Shown here piece after piece: positions 1 to 10,556 of a stretch of DNA of 64,000 nt (position 1 is its first letter; every line of letters starts with the position of its first letter). Both the position numbers and the translations under genes were made by a program. This DNA is from an uncultured virus (IMG/VR IMGVR_UViG_3300009151_004315) (lineage: Duplodnaviria > Heunggongvirae > Uroviricota > Caudoviricetes). A model generated the notes under the pieces. The model saw nothing but the letters and a program-made list of their open reading frames with translations, was not told the origin of the DNA and made no database searches. The DNA lies in IMG/VR virus record IMGVR_UViG_3300009151_004315, positions 1 to 64,000 of that record; one strand, written 5' to 3'.

Positions 1-2919
1 ACCATTTCCTATGTTGCCATTCCAATATAATTGTGCAAATCTGGTGTTCCCACCGGCATTCAAACTTGCGACATTACTAGAGTCCGAAATAGTGGCATCA
101 TTTGGTAATGTTAAGTTACCATCTCCGCCAAATGTCCAAACACCACCTTGAGTATTAGTATTAACATCCCAAGACTGTATATAAACATTGCCGTCCCAAC
201 TTGTCATTACATTAGATTGCTCGTCTTTACCTAATATAAGATTTGCACTTGCGCTAGCAACAAGGTGAATGTCTGGACCAGATGATATGAAGATATCTAA
301 ATATGAACCAGCGTTAGCAGGATCTGGTTGTAAGTTTAAGTTACCTGTGCCAATGATATTAATGTCATTGAATGTGATATTACCTGTGTTAGCATTGCCA
401 CCACCGCCATATGGACTACCATTAGCGTAATTGATACTTGATGTATTACTTGGTAATGTTAGATTGCCGTCACCGCCAAATGTCCAAGCATTACCGTTTG
501 AAATAATAGATGAATTGTTTGCTATGGTTCCAATATAAAGTGCTTCAGCAAGTGTACCTGAATTTGCAACTTGTAGCAACAACTCTGTGCCCGGAATTAA
601 AGTTAGTGGATCAGTACTTGGTGTAAAGTTACCAGTGTAAACTGCTGTACCAACAACATAACGCATATTTGTTATTAAACCAACGTACTGCGAATTTATA
701 CTTTCAGTACCTGTTGTACCATCTACTGTTGGGCTACCGATGCTTAGGAAATAACCGTTTGCAGGATCGTAAGCAATATCATCTGGTATGGAAACAGAAT
801 TAAATGCTACACCGTCCTGATAGATAGTTACTGTACCTGATGAACGAACTACAGCAATATGTTGCCAAACGTTTAATGTATTATTCCAACCAGAGAAGGG
901 ATTATAACCAGATTGTGTCTGTATTGCTATATTGTTAGAGCCACCTTCAAATAACCCCACTAACAAACTATTAATGTTACCACAGCAAATACCAAGACTG
1001 AATGGTCTTGGATATCCATGACCATCGCTAGTTACATATTGATACCATTCAATGGTAAAGTCACCTGTGCCAGGAGCAAATCTTGCTTCATTGGGTACTA
1101 CTAAGAAATGATTTAATTCGTCACCTGCGAATTCTAAACTACCACCACTACTTAATGGAGAAGCACTATTATAGGCAACGTTGCCTATATTGTTCATTGT
1201 GACAGATATATTTCCTGTAGTACTAGAATAAGGTAATGTTAGGTTACCATCTGTGCCAAATGCCCATTGATTGCTGTTAGTTCTGTCACTGACAACAAAA
1301 TTATTATCACCATTTCCAAGAATACCAAAATCCCATTGTTGGGTAGCATTGGATTGATCTTGCACTGACAAGTAAGCACTGCGTGGTGTGTTATAAAAAA
1401 CGTTGTCTGCATATCCAGTTATTTGAATAGCGGGCCCAGCAACAATTCCAAAGTCAGTGCTTTCTACTCTAGGTGCAAGTATTTGCATGTAAGGTGAGTA
1501 ATCAACCCGTTGTTGATATGCGTTAGTTCCATTCAATGTTGGCATTCCATTGCTGTCAAACTGTAGTGTACTATAGGTATCTCCGGGTGTGCCGCCTTGA
1601 TTAGAGAAATTTCCTTGCCAGTTGAACTGTGCTGCACCAGAACTTCCAGCCGGAGTACCTAATGGTACTTGTGTACCGTTGGCATAGTTAACAGCAAATG
1701 TATTAGCAGGTAATGTTAAGTTACCATCAGCATCAAATGTCCATGTATGTGAGTTAGCACTATAATTTGTACCAATATATGCATTGCTAGCATCTACCCA
1801 CATCCAAGTGTTTTCGGGGTTACCACTGTTTGGACCAATTGTGATACCAGTATAATTTAACTCACCGGTACCAGGTACACCCCGTAGAGTTGATCCATTG
1901 ATAATACTTTGATCGGGGAGATGAAGAACACCGTTTGTATCTAAGTTTAAGGTATAGTGTTGAGTAGGTTGAGTAAGATTTGTACTGTACAAGTTACTTG
2001 TACTGACTTGATTGTTGCTGTTAAGTACAAAACCATTGCCCAAAGCCATAATACCCGGTGTTGAGTTATTTGCAATGGGAACATTTTCACCTAATTGTAC
2101 AGGATCACCGTTAGCATAATTGACAGCAAATGTATTGCTTGGCAATGTTAAATTACCACTAGCACTAAAATTCCATGTCTGTACATTTTGACTATTGCCA
2201 ATATTACCTGCTAATAAAGTGATATCGCCATATGTATTATATAATGATACTGCGTTACCGTCACCTTGTATAGGAATACTCATCCCTGCAGTTTGACCAT
2301 TACCTAAATCTGAATTGTTTACAACAACACCGCCGTTAGAATAAATGACATTGTTATCAAATCCTATGTTACCTAGACCAGGGCCACTTGAGACATTAGA
2401 CCAAACTAATGCTCCTGAACCATTAGTACTTAACACTTGTCCATTTGTACCACCTTCAATGTGAACATTGGAAACATCACCTAAATTAGTAGCACCTATT
2501 ACATTTAAATTGCCTGCACTTAAATCACCATCATATGATGTTAAAAAGTCTGCAACATTACTATTACCATATGAATTATTATTTGTAACTTTGTAATTGT
2601 TAATTGTTTGATTGACAGCACTAACAGAAATTTGTTTTTCAGTATTATATACTGTTACAATGTCATTGGAATCATTATTATTTGAAGATACAATAAACAG
2701 TTCAGTACCTGAACTAGCTTGTGTAGCTTGATTGTATGTTGTTGTATCTCCGGACGTTTTGGGAGCAATACCCCTAGTTACCGTACCACCAGTACTTGTT
2801 GCTGTACCATTAGCAGAAACTGTAGGGGGAGATGTTCTTGCTACTGAAGGTGTTTGATTTTCAAATGATTTTGCTAGTGCCGGATCAGCAGGTCCAACTA
2901 GTTTTGGTGATGTAGCCAT
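1..2919 (-). CDS. Long tail-fibre/adhesin-like protein with internal LamG (concanavalin A-like) domain; 3' end runs off the window
   Basis: Absent from the ORF track because it is open at the edge. ATG at 2919 follows AAGGA and a CTAAATA late-type motif; the frame checked at both ends is open to position 1. Gly/Asn/Thr-rich with repeated WxFxxDGNLTLP motifs and LamG-type motifs GTGDFTIEWYQY and WQHIAVVRSSGTVTIY. Confidence 0.75.
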   Translation of the reverse strand, partial: MATSPKLVGPADPALAKSFENQTPSVARTSPPTVSANGTATSTGGTVTRGIAPKTSGDTTTYNQATQASSGTELFIVSSNNNDSNDIVTVYNTEKQISVSAVNQTINNYKVTNNNSYGNSNVADFLTSYDGDLSAGNLNVIGATNLGDVSNVHIEGGTNGQVLSTNGSGALVWSNVSSGPGLGNIGFDNNVIYSNGGVVVNNSDLGNGQTAGMSIPIQGDGNAVSLYNTYGDITLLAGNIGNSQNVQTWNFSASGNLTLPSNTFAVNYANGDPVQLGENVPIANNSTPGIMALGNGFVLNSNNQVSTSNLYSTNLTQPTQHYTLNLDTNGVLHLPDQSIINGSTLRGVPGTGELNYTGITIGPNSGNPENTWMWVDASNAYIGTNYSANSHTWTFDADGNLTLPANTFAVNYANGTQVPLGTPAGSSGAAQFNWQGNFSNQGGTPGDTYSTLQFDSNGMPTLNGTNAYQQRVDYSPYMQILAPRVESTDFGIVAGPAIQITGYADNVFYNTPRSAYLSVQDQSNATQQWDFGILGNGDNNFVVSDRTNSNQWAFGTDGNLTLPYSSTTGNISVTMNNIGNVAYNSASPLSSGGSLEFAGDELNHFLVVPNEARFAPGTGDFTIEWYQYVTSDGHGYPRPFSLGICCGNINSLLVGLFEGGSNNIAIQTQSGYNPFSGWNNTLNVWQHIAVVRSSGTVTIYQDGVAFNSVSIPDDIAYDPANGYFLSIGSPTVDGTTGTESINSQYVGLITNMRYVVGTAVYTGNFTPSTDPLTLIPGTELLLQVANSGTLAEALYIGTIANNSSIISNGNAWTFGGDGNLTLPSNTSSINYANGSPYGGGGNANTGNITFNDINIIGTGNLNLQPDPANAGSYLDIFISSGPDIHLVASASANLILGKDEQSNVMTSWDGNVYIQSWDVNTNTQGGVWTFGGDGNLTLPNDATISDSSNVASLNAGGNTRFAQLYWNGNIGNG

Positions 2920-2998
2920 TGAAGGGTCCTTTGTTATTATAGTAGTATTTAGTCTAACTATAATAAAGTTAGTCTGCTAATACTATAATAAAGACGGT

Positions 2999-4771
2999 TT
3001 ATGCGAACACTGTGCCGTTATTTCCTATGCAGAACCATTTGCTATTTACATATTGTAGTGTACATGCACTACCCACAACACTGAAAGTCATTGTGCCAGC
3101 GCCACCCCATCCTGGATTGGTAACTGTAATAACCATATCCCCACCGTAGCCGTTCATCATAAATGTTTTAATTTGACCCGGTGCACCGGCAGCGAGTGTA
3201 GCGGTTTCAGCGGCTACTGTTGTAAAATAACTAGCTGTAACTAATAGATTTGCGGCTGCGGCATTTGCTAAATCTTCACCGCTGTTTAATAATAATATAC
3301 CTGTAGTATTTAAATTACCACCGGTGATGTTACCAGTAGCAGTAATTACACCTGTACCAATGTTACCAACATTAGCATTACCTGATACACTTAAACTAGT
3401 TAATGTACCTGTACTTGTTATATTTGATTGTGCGGCTGTTGTTAATGAACCGGCTACTGTTGTAAACACACCTGCTGTTGCACCAATATTACCCACAGAT
3501 ATATTACCTGTAGTTGTAATTGTGTTACTTCCATAACTATTTAAAAATGTAGCAACTTGACTATTACCATACGCACCTGTAATATTACCGGCATTGATAT
3601 TAGTTAACCCAGCACCGTTACCAACAAATACACCACTAGTGGATGTAATGTTACCAGTAGCAACAATTAATCCACCGGTACCAATGTTACCTACGTTTGC
3701 ATTACCAGTTACACTTAAACTGGTTAGTGTACCAACTGACGTTATATTAGCTTGAGCCGCTGTAGTTAATAAACCTGCAATATTGGTAGCACTTAGTGTA
3801 TTGGTAGTTGTGTTAAATGTTAAATTAGCACTAGCACCAAAATCATTTGCACTGTTAAATTGAATCTGTGTATTGGATCCTGCAGGTTGTTGCATATCTA
3901 ATGGCGTACCATTAGCATAATAATAATTATTAGTTTTGATTCCACCAACAACTGCATTGCCTGTAGTGATTAAATTACCACCAGTAATATTACCTGTTAC
4001 TGATACAGTATTTGCTAAATCAACTGTTATAACACCAGACGATGTAATAGTTCCGCCCGTAACTGTTAATGTATTACTTGTAATTGTAATTCCAGTAACA
4101 GTACCGCCTGATGCTGTAGTAGAAACAGTAACGTTGCCGTTACTACCGCTGACACTTATACCTGTACCGGCTGCAATTCTAGTAACACCCGTATTGGTAA
4201 CAGTAATAGAACCTGCACTGGTAATTGGACTATTGGTAACTAATATACCAGATCCAGGAGTAATACCTACACTTGTAACAGTTCCGGCAACTGTATTATT
4301 CGACACAGTAGTTACTCTACCGTATGAATCTAATGTAACTGTGGGGTTAGTATAAGTACCAGGAGTGATTCCAGTTGCAGTAAGATTAAGAACAATATTA
4401 CCTGCGCTTAATATAGGACTATTACTAACTGTTAATGTGCTAGAAGAAACACCTACACTGCTTACTCCGCCCCCATTTCCACCACCGGTTGCAGTAATTA
4501 ATATATTACCATTTGAACCAGTTAAGTTAATACTGCTATCACCTGCAGTTAAACTTAGTACACCGGTATTGGTAATAGTTATTGTATTAGTATTTGAATT
4601 GGTATTTGCGTCAATACCAGCATTGCCAATAAATGTGTTGTACGGGCTGGCACATGCAAATAATGTTGCAAAATTGTCTACTGTTTTATTGAATGCGGTG
4701 TATAATGAATCGCTGTTAGCGGATTCGTTTTGCAATCCCACCGCTATTATTTGTTGTCCGGAAATTGCCAT
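2999..4771 (-). CDS. Tail fibre / virion structural protein
   Basis: 590 aa, Gly/Thr/Asn/Ser-rich. Carries phage-fibre-type repeats GTYTNPTVTLDSYGRVT, AGSNTQIQFN and AAQxNITSVGTLTSLSVxGNANVGN (twice). ATAAATA motif and SD upstream. Confidence 0.75.
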   Translation of the reverse strand: MAISGQQIIAVGLQNESANSDSLYTAFNKTVDNFATLFACASPYNTFIGNAGIDANTNSNTNTITITNTGVLSLTAGDSSINLTGSNGNILITATGGGNGGGVSSVGVSSSTLTVSNSPILSAGNIVLNLTATGITPGTYTNPTVTLDSYGRVTTVSNNTVAGTVTSVGITPGSGILVTNSPITSAGSITVTNTGVTRIAAGTGISVSGSNGNVTVSTTASGGTVTGITITSNTLTVTGGTITSSGVITVDLANTVSVTGNITGGNLITTGNAVVGGIKTNNYYYANGTPLDMQQPAGSNTQIQFNSANDFGASANLTFNTTTNTLSATNIAGLLTTAAQANITSVGTLTSLSVTGNANVGNIGTGGLIVATGNITSTSGVFVGNGAGLTNINAGNITGAYGNSQVATFLNSYGSNTITTTGNISVGNIGATAGVFTTVAGSLTTAAQSNITSTGTLTSLSVSGNANVGNIGTGVITATGNITGGNLNTTGILLLNSGEDLANAAAANLLVTASYFTTVAAETATLAAGAPGQIKTFMMNGYGGDMVITVTNPGWGGAGTMTFSVVGSACTLQYVNSKWFCIGNNGTVFA

Positions 4772-4795
4772 TTTTTAATCCTTATTGTGTATTTA

Positions 4796-5122
4796 TCAAT
4801 TAGGACTAAAGGAACTCCCGCAACCACAGGTTGTTGCCGCATTTGGGTTAGATATTTTAAACTGTGATCCAGATAAATCTTCAACATAATCAATATTTGC
4901 ATTAGTTAAATATTGTGCGGAAATACTATCAACTAGTACGCTCATTGAGCCAGCTGGTATTTCAAAATCATCTTCGTTCTGTTCTTCATCAATAGTGAAA
5001 CCATATTGCATTCCACTACATCCACCACCTTGAACAAATACACGTATTTTAGCTTTAGGATTGTTCTCCTCAGCTAAGATATCGGATATTTTTGTTGTTG
5101 CGTTTTCAGTTATTGTTATCAT
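4796..5122 (-). CDS. erpA: A-type Fe-S cluster carrier (ErpA/IscA, HesB family)
   Basis: GGGCSGMQY and C-terminal TTCGCGSSF motifs. Confidence 0.9.
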   Translation of the reverse strand: MITITENATTKISDILAEENNPKAKIRVFVQGGGCSGMQYGFTIDEEQNEDDFEIPAGSMSVLVDSISAQYLTNANIDYVEDLSGSQFKISNPNAATTCGCGSSFSPN

Positions 5123-5185
5123 GTAGATATTTATGCGTTTTCACAAAAAACATAAATAAATTATAAGGAGTAAAGTCTAACTATT

Positions 5186-5956
5186 ATGGATAAAAAGTAT
5201 AAATTTAGGGGTGAAAGAATTTCTGAAGCCAAAAGAATGAAACAATCAGAATTTTTAGACAGAGCCATTGCAGTGCATGGAAGTATATATGATTATTCTA
5301 ACTCATTTTATGTGAATGCACATACCAAAATAAAAATTGGTTGTTCATACCACGGAATATTTGAACAACGTCCGCACGATCATGTTAAGGGTAAAAATGG
5401 ATGTCCGGCATGCGGTACAATTAATAGAAGAAAAAACCATTCAAAACAAGCATTTGATAAATTTTTAATATTGGCAAAAAAAATACATCAAAACAAATAT
5501 CAATACATTACTGAATCATATACCGGAATAAAAGATTTGATGGAAATAGTTTGTCCAATACATGGCGTATTTAAACAAAGTGCGGATGTTCATAAAAGAG
5601 GAAATGGTTGCCAAAGATGTGGCTCTGGTCCTATTTCAAATATGTCACGCCGGTGGCTTGATTCTTTGAATGTAATAGATCGAGAATACTGGATAATAAT
5701 TAATGGAAAAAGATATAAAGTGGATGGGTATGATATTAATTCAAATACTATTTACGAATTTTTAGGTGATTATTGGCATGGAAATCCAAAAGTACATCAT
5801 CCGGAAAAAATTAATTCTCATAATAAACATACCTTTAAGGAACTTTATGAAGGTACTATTCTAAGATTAGAAACTTTTAAAAAAGCAGGATATAATTTAA
5901 TTTTTGTATGGGAGAATGATTATTTAAACCCGCCTAACAATTCTTCCCTTGGATAA
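5186..5956 (+). CDS. Free-standing putative homing endonuclease: two DUF723-like Zn-ribbon repeats plus Vsr/PD-(D/E)XK-like nuclease domain
   Basis: Two CxxHG...CxxC repeats; VDGY...[12 protein letters not shown] nuclease motif. Opposite strand to its neighbours, with its own ATAAATA and SD. Confidence 0.7.
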   Translation: MDKKYKFRGERISEAKRMKQSEFLDRAIAVHGSIYDYSNSFYVNAHTKIKIGCSYHGIFEQRPHDHVKGKNGCPACGTINRRKNHSKQAFDKFLILAKKIHQNKYQYITESYTGIKDLMEIVCPIHGVFKQSADVHKRGNGCQRCGSGPISNMSRRWLDSLNVIDREYWIIINGKRYKVDGYDINSNTIYEFLGDYWHGNPKVHHPEKINSHNKHTFKELYEGTILRLETFKKAGYNLIFVWENDYLNPPNNSSLG

Positions 5957-6139
5957 ATCATACGGTGAAAATTCTATTGAAACTGTATCACCTAATAGAA
6001 TTTTAATGTCGTGCTGTCGCATTTTACCCGAAATATAACCAGTGACTGTGGATCCACTATTTAATTTAACTCTAAAAACAGCATTAGGTAATACGTCTAT
6101 TACCTTGCCATCTATTCTAATACCTTCTTCTTTTGCCAT
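5924..6139 (-). CDS. infA: Translation initiation factor IF-1
   Basis: MAKEEGI...[10 protein letters not shown]...ISGKMR...[21 protein letters not shown] is the canonical IF-1 pattern. Confidence 0.95.
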   Translation of the reverse strand: MAKEEGIRIDGKVIDVLPNAVFRVKLNSGSTVTGYISGKMRQHDIKILLGDTVSIEFSPYDLSKGRIVRRV

Positions 6140-6140
6140 T

Positions 6141-6533
6141 CTACCTTCTCATTTTTGATATATCAATCGCTTCTTCTCTACTAAATACCGGAACTGCATT
6201 ACTTTTATGTAATGTAGAAATCCCAACAATGGCATTGCCTGTATATTGTGGAATATCTTTTGTGCGAACAGCACCTGAGTGACCTGTGTCACGGCTGGCA
6301 ATACGTACAGCCTCACGACCTGCAGGTGCGGACAATGTATATTGTAATGGCTCAGCCGCTAGTGCCCGTTTACGCTTTTTGTCATCAGCGTCAACTTCCC
6401 ATTTTTTCTGTAGTTCTTTCCAGTCAGCTTCAAGTTGCCTAGCTTTTTGTGCCTCTGCGCTATTGCGAAACTTAACTTTACCTTTGCGTTTGCCGCCAGT
6501 ACTGAGCCAGGGGCCTTCTAAGTGCATGGTCAT
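6141..6533 (-). CDS. Hypothetical phage protein
   Basis: 130 aa basic ORF directly downstream of a sigma70 promoter and abutting infA. Confidence 0.7.
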   Translation of the reverse strand: MTMHLEGPWLSTGGKRKGKVKFRNSAEAQKARQLEADWKELQKKWEVDADDKKRKRALAAEPLQYTLSAPAGREAVRIASRDTGHSGAVRTKDIPQYTGNAIVGISTLHKSNAVPVFSREEAIDISKMRR

Positions 6534-6565
6534 AATGTGTATGTCATAGTTATTAAACAGTTTCT

Positions 6566-6594
6566 ATTATAGCAGAGTATCTATTATTTGTCAA
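6566..6594 (-). promoter_or_regulatory. Consensus sigma70 promoter
   Basis: TTGACA-17 nt-TATAAT on the minus strand. Confidence 0.8.
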
Positions 6595-6597
6595 ATT

Positions 6598-7074
6598 TTA
6601 CTTCTTTAGTATTGACCAAACCTTCTCTTTTTCAATGATTTCTTGTTCTAATTCTTTATAGCGTTTGCCCAATTCTTTTAACTCATCCCACTTATCTTCT
6701 AGTTTAGGATTTGGGTGAAGAATTGCTAATCGTTCTTCAATCTTATCTAACATGTCAGTAAGGCTTTTGCCCTTGATAGTTACATCACCTTCAAAATCAG
6801 CATCACCTTTAACACTAAGTGTGCTTCCCTGTAAATCAGGATCAGCTAATGATATATTAGACCAACTGCCACCTGTTGTATTTGTAGTATATACTTGCCC
6901 AGAACTGCCGCTATTTACTCCCCAATATATACCACTTGAACCGGTTGAAGTGCCGGATATATTACTAACAGTATATGTAGGTGAACTACTCGAACCGGTT
7001 AAGGTAATCGTATCTATGGAGTCGCTAGACATTATTGCGCTAGCCATCATTGTATCATTACTAGGAATTGTCAT
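6598..7074 (-). CDS. Hypothetical protein (Ser/Thr-rich N-terminus, coiled-coil C-terminus)
   Basis: ORF track; coupled to the upstream ORF by an ATGA overlap. Confidence 0.65.
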   Translation of the reverse strand: MTIPSNDTMMASAIMSSDSIDTITLTGSSSSPTYTVSNISGTSTGSSGIYWGVNSGSSGQVYTTNTTGGSWSNISLADPDLQGSTLSVKGDADFEGDVTIKGKSLTDMLDKIEERLAILHPNPKLEDKWDELKELGKRYKELEQEIIEKEKVWSILKK

Positions 7075-7256
7075 AGTTTTTTAAGTATAATTCTGCCTTT
7101 ATCATCAATTGAAAAGTCAATATCATCTCCCTCTTTCCAACCCAATTGTTTTAATAAACTTGGTGGAATAGGTATAAGCATGTCGCCAGTGTCTGGATCT
7201 TCTTGTGTGATAACTTCATAGCTATCATAACTCTGTGCTGGATTTTTTTTAGGCAT
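7071..7256 (-). CDS. AbrB/MazE/SpoVT-like swapped-hairpin DNA-binding protein
   Basis: LIPIPPSLLKQLGWKEGDDIDF...GRIILKK pattern. Confidence 0.7.
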   Translation of the reverse strand: MPKKNPAQSYDSYEVITQEDPDTGDMLIPIPPSLLKQLGWKEGDDIDFSIDDKGRIILKKL

Positions 7257-7259
7257 ATA

Positions 7260-7820
7260 TTACTTATTCTGTAGATAGGGTCTGTAAATCTTTTCTAATT
7301 CATTAATGGTATGTTGCGTATTGCCATCTTCATGTTTAACTGCAATACCACCTGCGTTACTCCAAAGATTCAAATACTTACCATAGTCATCTACCAATAC
7401 ATTTGGCTCACCATTACTCAATGCGTATTTGTGTTTATGTTGTGTAAAGATAGCATCACGTGTAGCACTAGGATTGTGTTCATCTAACCAGTCTTTTTTA
7501 GCCTCTACACTGGCTTTGGCATATGGTCCACGTAATGGTGCACTTAATACTGTATACGGAATGTTATTTTGATTTAACCATTGTACTACTTTGTTTCCAC
7601 CTTCTAGAGGTTTAAGTTCTCTAAAAAACTTATATACTTCTTCAGGGCTACTCGTAGCTAACTCATTGATTGATGTTTCAGTATCAGGAATCTCTTTGTA
7701 ATTACCAACATTATGTTTTGCCGCCCAAGCTCCAAAAAAGTCAGCCTGTACTCCATCCATATCTAAGTATAGATGTGGCATTTTTTTGTTTGTATCTTCC
7801 ATCAATTCATTAAGTTTCAT
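7260..7820 (-). CDS. HAD-family 5'(3')-deoxyribonucleotidase (NT5C-like)
   Basis: YLDMDGV, LSAP, KKDWL and VLVDD HAD motifs. Confidence 0.8.
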   Translation of the reverse strand: MKLNELMEDTNKKMPHLYLDMDGVQADFFGAWAAKHNVGNYKEIPDTETSINELATSSPEEVYKFFRELKPLEGGNKVVQWLNQNNIPYTVLSAPLRGPYAKASVEAKKDWLDEHNPSATRDAIFTQHKHKYALSNGEPNVLVDDYGKYLNLWSNAGGIAVKHEDGNTQHTINELEKIYRPYLQNK

Positions 7821-7827
7821 TTAGTTA

Positions 7828-8364
7828 TTATATCACAAATGGTAGAATAAGCCAAATGCCTTGGGTCAATAGTATTGTTCCAAAAATACTAACACCAATG
7901 CTTCCCCAAAACATACGCTTACTCACAGCCAGTATACTAGCGGAAAGTAATACAATAGCTAACTGAAATGCCATACCAGCAAATGTTAACCATGGTGTAT
8001 GTTTTTTGGCATCATCACGTTCACTTTCAATCTGTAATGCTTTAGCCATTAATTCTTTCTTACCTTCACCTTTAGCAGGGTCACTTTCATAGCGGTCAAT
8101 TTTAGCTTGTAATTGTTCTCTACGCTTTGAGTCTTTAGCATCTTCTAATTGCCCTTCAGCAATACTTTGCTTGATACTTTTAGCTTGATAAAAGTTCCAA
8201 GTGTCATTTGCTTTGATAGTATTGGTTAGTATCTTGCTACTATATCCATTGGCTACATATGTTGTTACTGCTAATAATAATGCTATGACAGTAATGACCC
8301 ATCCTGCTCTATCTTTGATTTGTGCCTCACGTTCACTGCGTGACAGTGGTTTTACTTCTACCAT
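7828..8364 (-). CDS. Membrane protein, DUF4337-like
   Basis: One N-terminal and two C-terminal hydrophobic helices; ANDTWNFYQAKSIKQ motif. Confidence 0.65.
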   Translation of the reverse strand: MVEVKPLSRSEREAQIKDRAGWVITVIALLLAVTTYVANGYSSKILTNTIKANDTWNFYQAKSIKQSIAEGQLEDAKDSKRREQLQAKIDRYESDPAKGEGKKELMAKALQIESERDDAKKHTPWLTFAGMAFQLAIVLLSASILAVSKRMFWGSIGVSIFGTILLTQGIWLILPFVI

Positions 8365-8390
8365 TTTATTTCCTTTTGAATATTTATAGT

Positions 8391-9143
8391 TTATGGGTGC
8401 AAGGTGCTATAGGTAACTGCACCAGCGTTTGTAACTGTGAGAGCATTATTACTCGTATCAGTTATATAAGTACCAGCAGATGCAACTGCTAACAATAATT
8501 GAGTTGAAGTGCCTGTGATTGTCGCACTAGGTGAACCGTTGATATTGGCGCTTTGTGTAGCAGTTAGAGGCGTAGTTGACGGTGTAAAGTTTGAAGTATA
8601 AACTGCCAGCCCCTTAACAATTCTCATGCTGGTCATGTAACCATTGAATGGGTTATTGTTTTGATTGGCACTCCATCCAATTTCTAAACTTCTATTGGTG
8701 TTGGAATTATACACACTGGTAGAAGTCAATACCGAGATGCCACCCACATACACTGTGACTGTGCCACTGGCCCTAACCAAAGCAACATGTTGCCATATTC
8801 CTGCTGTGACAACTCCATCGGAACTACCAGGGTATGCACTGCCACTATAATAATTGAGTTTGCCATTATTGTTGAGATCAAGATTGTCACTATTGGATCC
8901 AAACCACCATAATCTTTGACTTACAGTGACTGACGTAGGATTTATCCAAGTTTCTACGGTATAATCACCGGTGCCAAAAGCAAATGCAGACCCTGCTGTA
9001 ACAGAAGAAATTACTAATTCATTATTGGCACCTGCGTTAGTTCCATTAAAAAATAAACTGCCGGTAAATGAAGAAATACTATCAGTAGTTAATGAAATGC
9101 CTGGTCCAATGTTAATTCCTCCACCAATTTGTATTCCTGCCAT
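8391..9143 (-). CDS. LamG/concanavalin A-like domain virion protein
   Basis: FGTGDYTVETWI, WQHVALVRASGTVTVYVGG and FNGYMTSMRIVKGLAVYTSNFTP motifs. Confidence 0.75.
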   Translation of the reverse strand: MAGIQIGGGINIGPGISLTTDSISSFTGSLFFNGTNAGANNELVISSVTAGSAFAFGTGDYTVETWINPTSVTVSQRLWWFGSNSDNLDLNNNGKLNYYSGSAYPGSSDGVVTAGIWQHVALVRASGTVTVYVGGISVLTSTSVYNSNTNRSLEIGWSANQNNNPFNGYMTSMRIVKGLAVYTSNFTPSTTPLTATQSANINGSPSATITGTSTQLLLAVASAGTYITDTSNNALTVTNAGAVTYSTLHP

Positions 9144-9229
9144 TTTATTTCCTTTGTTATGACTTATGCTATTTGATTAAACTTAATCAATTAAATATAT
9201 ATTTATACACAATCAAAAGGAGCATACCA

Positions 9230-9391
9230 ATGAGTTGGTTCAAGCACAAACCCAGAACAAAAACACCCCCAAAATTACATGTATATCATACAAGTCCTAT
9301 AGCAGAAAAACTATTAAAAGAGACAAAACTTGAAGTCACTGGTGTAAAAGCCAAGTTAGCAGAAGTAGAGAAAAAGAAAAATGAACGGTAG
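9230..9391 (+). CDS. Small basic hypothetical protein
   Basis: AGGAG SD before ATG at 9230 (MSWFKHKP...). Confidence 0.55.
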   Translation: MSWFKHKPRTKTPPKLHVYHTSPIAEKLLKETKLEVTGVKAKLAEVEKKKNER

Positions 9392-9554
9392 AGAACTACA
9401 ACAAATGTATCAACAATGGTGTCAAGGAAATGATGATTACAATTTTCGTTGGTTAGATTTTGTTGAGATGGCCGCAAGACAGTTTCAGCAACCTGAAAGT
9501 GAAGTCATTAGAGAGTTACAGAAACATTATTGGTTTGTAAAAAACAATAAGTAG
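9381..9554 (+). CDS. Small hypothetical protein (57 aa)
   Basis: Read manually: MNGRELQQMYQQWCQGNDDYNFRWLDFVEMAARQF...; overlaps the previous ORF. Confidence 0.5.
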   Translation: MNGRELQQMYQQWCQGNDDYNFRWLDFVEMAARQFQQPESEVIRELQKHYWFVKNNK

Positions 9555-9593
9555 ATTTATTGATAAATACTACTATATTATAGGATTAACATT

Positions 9594-10499
9594 ATGGAAT
9601 TCAGTGGAATGACAATAAGTGGTGGGGTTTCTATTGTGCCTCCCCCTCCCTCAAATAAGGCTATATTTGGTTATGGTTATCCCACCTATTCAATAACTAA
9701 CTTAGTATCAATCACAGGTGTAGTTGCTACTAATACAACTGGTGTTGGTACCGGTAGACATGGTTTAGCAGCCGCAACTTATGGTACTGATAAAGCTATA
9801 TTTGGTTATGGTAATGACACTAATATCAGGCTATCAATGACCAATCTTGTATCAAATACAGGTGTAGTTGCTACAGATACAACAGGTGTTGGTACTGCTA
9901 GAAATAATTTAGCAGCCACAGGTTATGGCACTGATAAAGCTATTTTTGGTTATGGATATATTGGCTCAGCTACATCAATAACTAATCTAGTAAGTAATGC
10001 AGGTGTAGTAGCAACTGATACTGCAGGTGTTGGCACTGCTAGGTACGCAAGAGCAGCCACAACTTATGGCAGTTCTGGACAAGCTATATTTGGATATGGT
10101 AATGGTCCTGTATCAGTAACCAATCTAGTATCAAGTACAGGTATAGTAGCTACTGATACAACCGGTGTTGGTACCGCTAGATCCGACCTTGCTGCCGCAG
10201 GGTATGGTACCGATAAAGCTATTTTTGGATATGGCGCCACTAGCAGTAATACTGCAATAACTAATCTAGTAAGTAACACCGGCGTAGTCGCAACTGACAC
10301 AACAGGTGTAGGCACTGCTAGGAGTAGTCTAGCAGCCGCGGGGTATAGTAGTGATAAAGCTATTTTTGGATATGGTGATAATTCAGGTGCTTTATCAATG
10401 ACCAATCTAGTAAGTAATACCGGTGTTGTTGCTACTGATACTGCAGGTGTCGGTACTGCTAGATTGGCGTTAGCAGCCGCAAGTTACGGCCTCAGTTAA
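9594..10499 (+). CDS. Six-repeat Kelch-like beta-propeller protein (putative adhesin)
   Basis: Six repeats of about 45-50 aa: KAIFGYG-(variable)-SxTNLVSNTGVVATDTxGVGTAR-xx-LAAAGYG. Confidence 0.75.
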   Translation: MEFSGMTISGGVSIVPPPPSNKAIFGYGYPTYSITNLVSITGVVATNTTGVGTGRHGLAAATYGTDKAIFGYGNDTNIRLSMTNLVSNTGVVATDTTGVGTARNNLAATGYGTDKAIFGYGYIGSATSITNLVSNAGVVATDTAGVGTARYARAATTYGSSGQAIFGYGNGPVSVTNLVSSTGIVATDTTGVGTARSDLAAAGYGTDKAIFGYGATSSNTAITNLVSNTGVVATDTTGVGTARSSLAAAGYSSDKAIFGYGDNSGALSMTNLVSNTGVVATDTAGVGTARLALAAASYGLS

Positions 10500-10556
10500 A
10501 AATACAATTAACTTATTAGAGTTAGAGATAAATACATTATCATAAAGGAGAATATA

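Noticed and set aside
3324..4778. Plus-strand Val/Pro/Leu-rich ORFs (3324, 3936, 4365) and similar antisense ORFs throughout the track
   Set aside because: They are shadows of Gly/Thr/Asn-rich or conserved genes on the opposite strand, with no SD or motifs.
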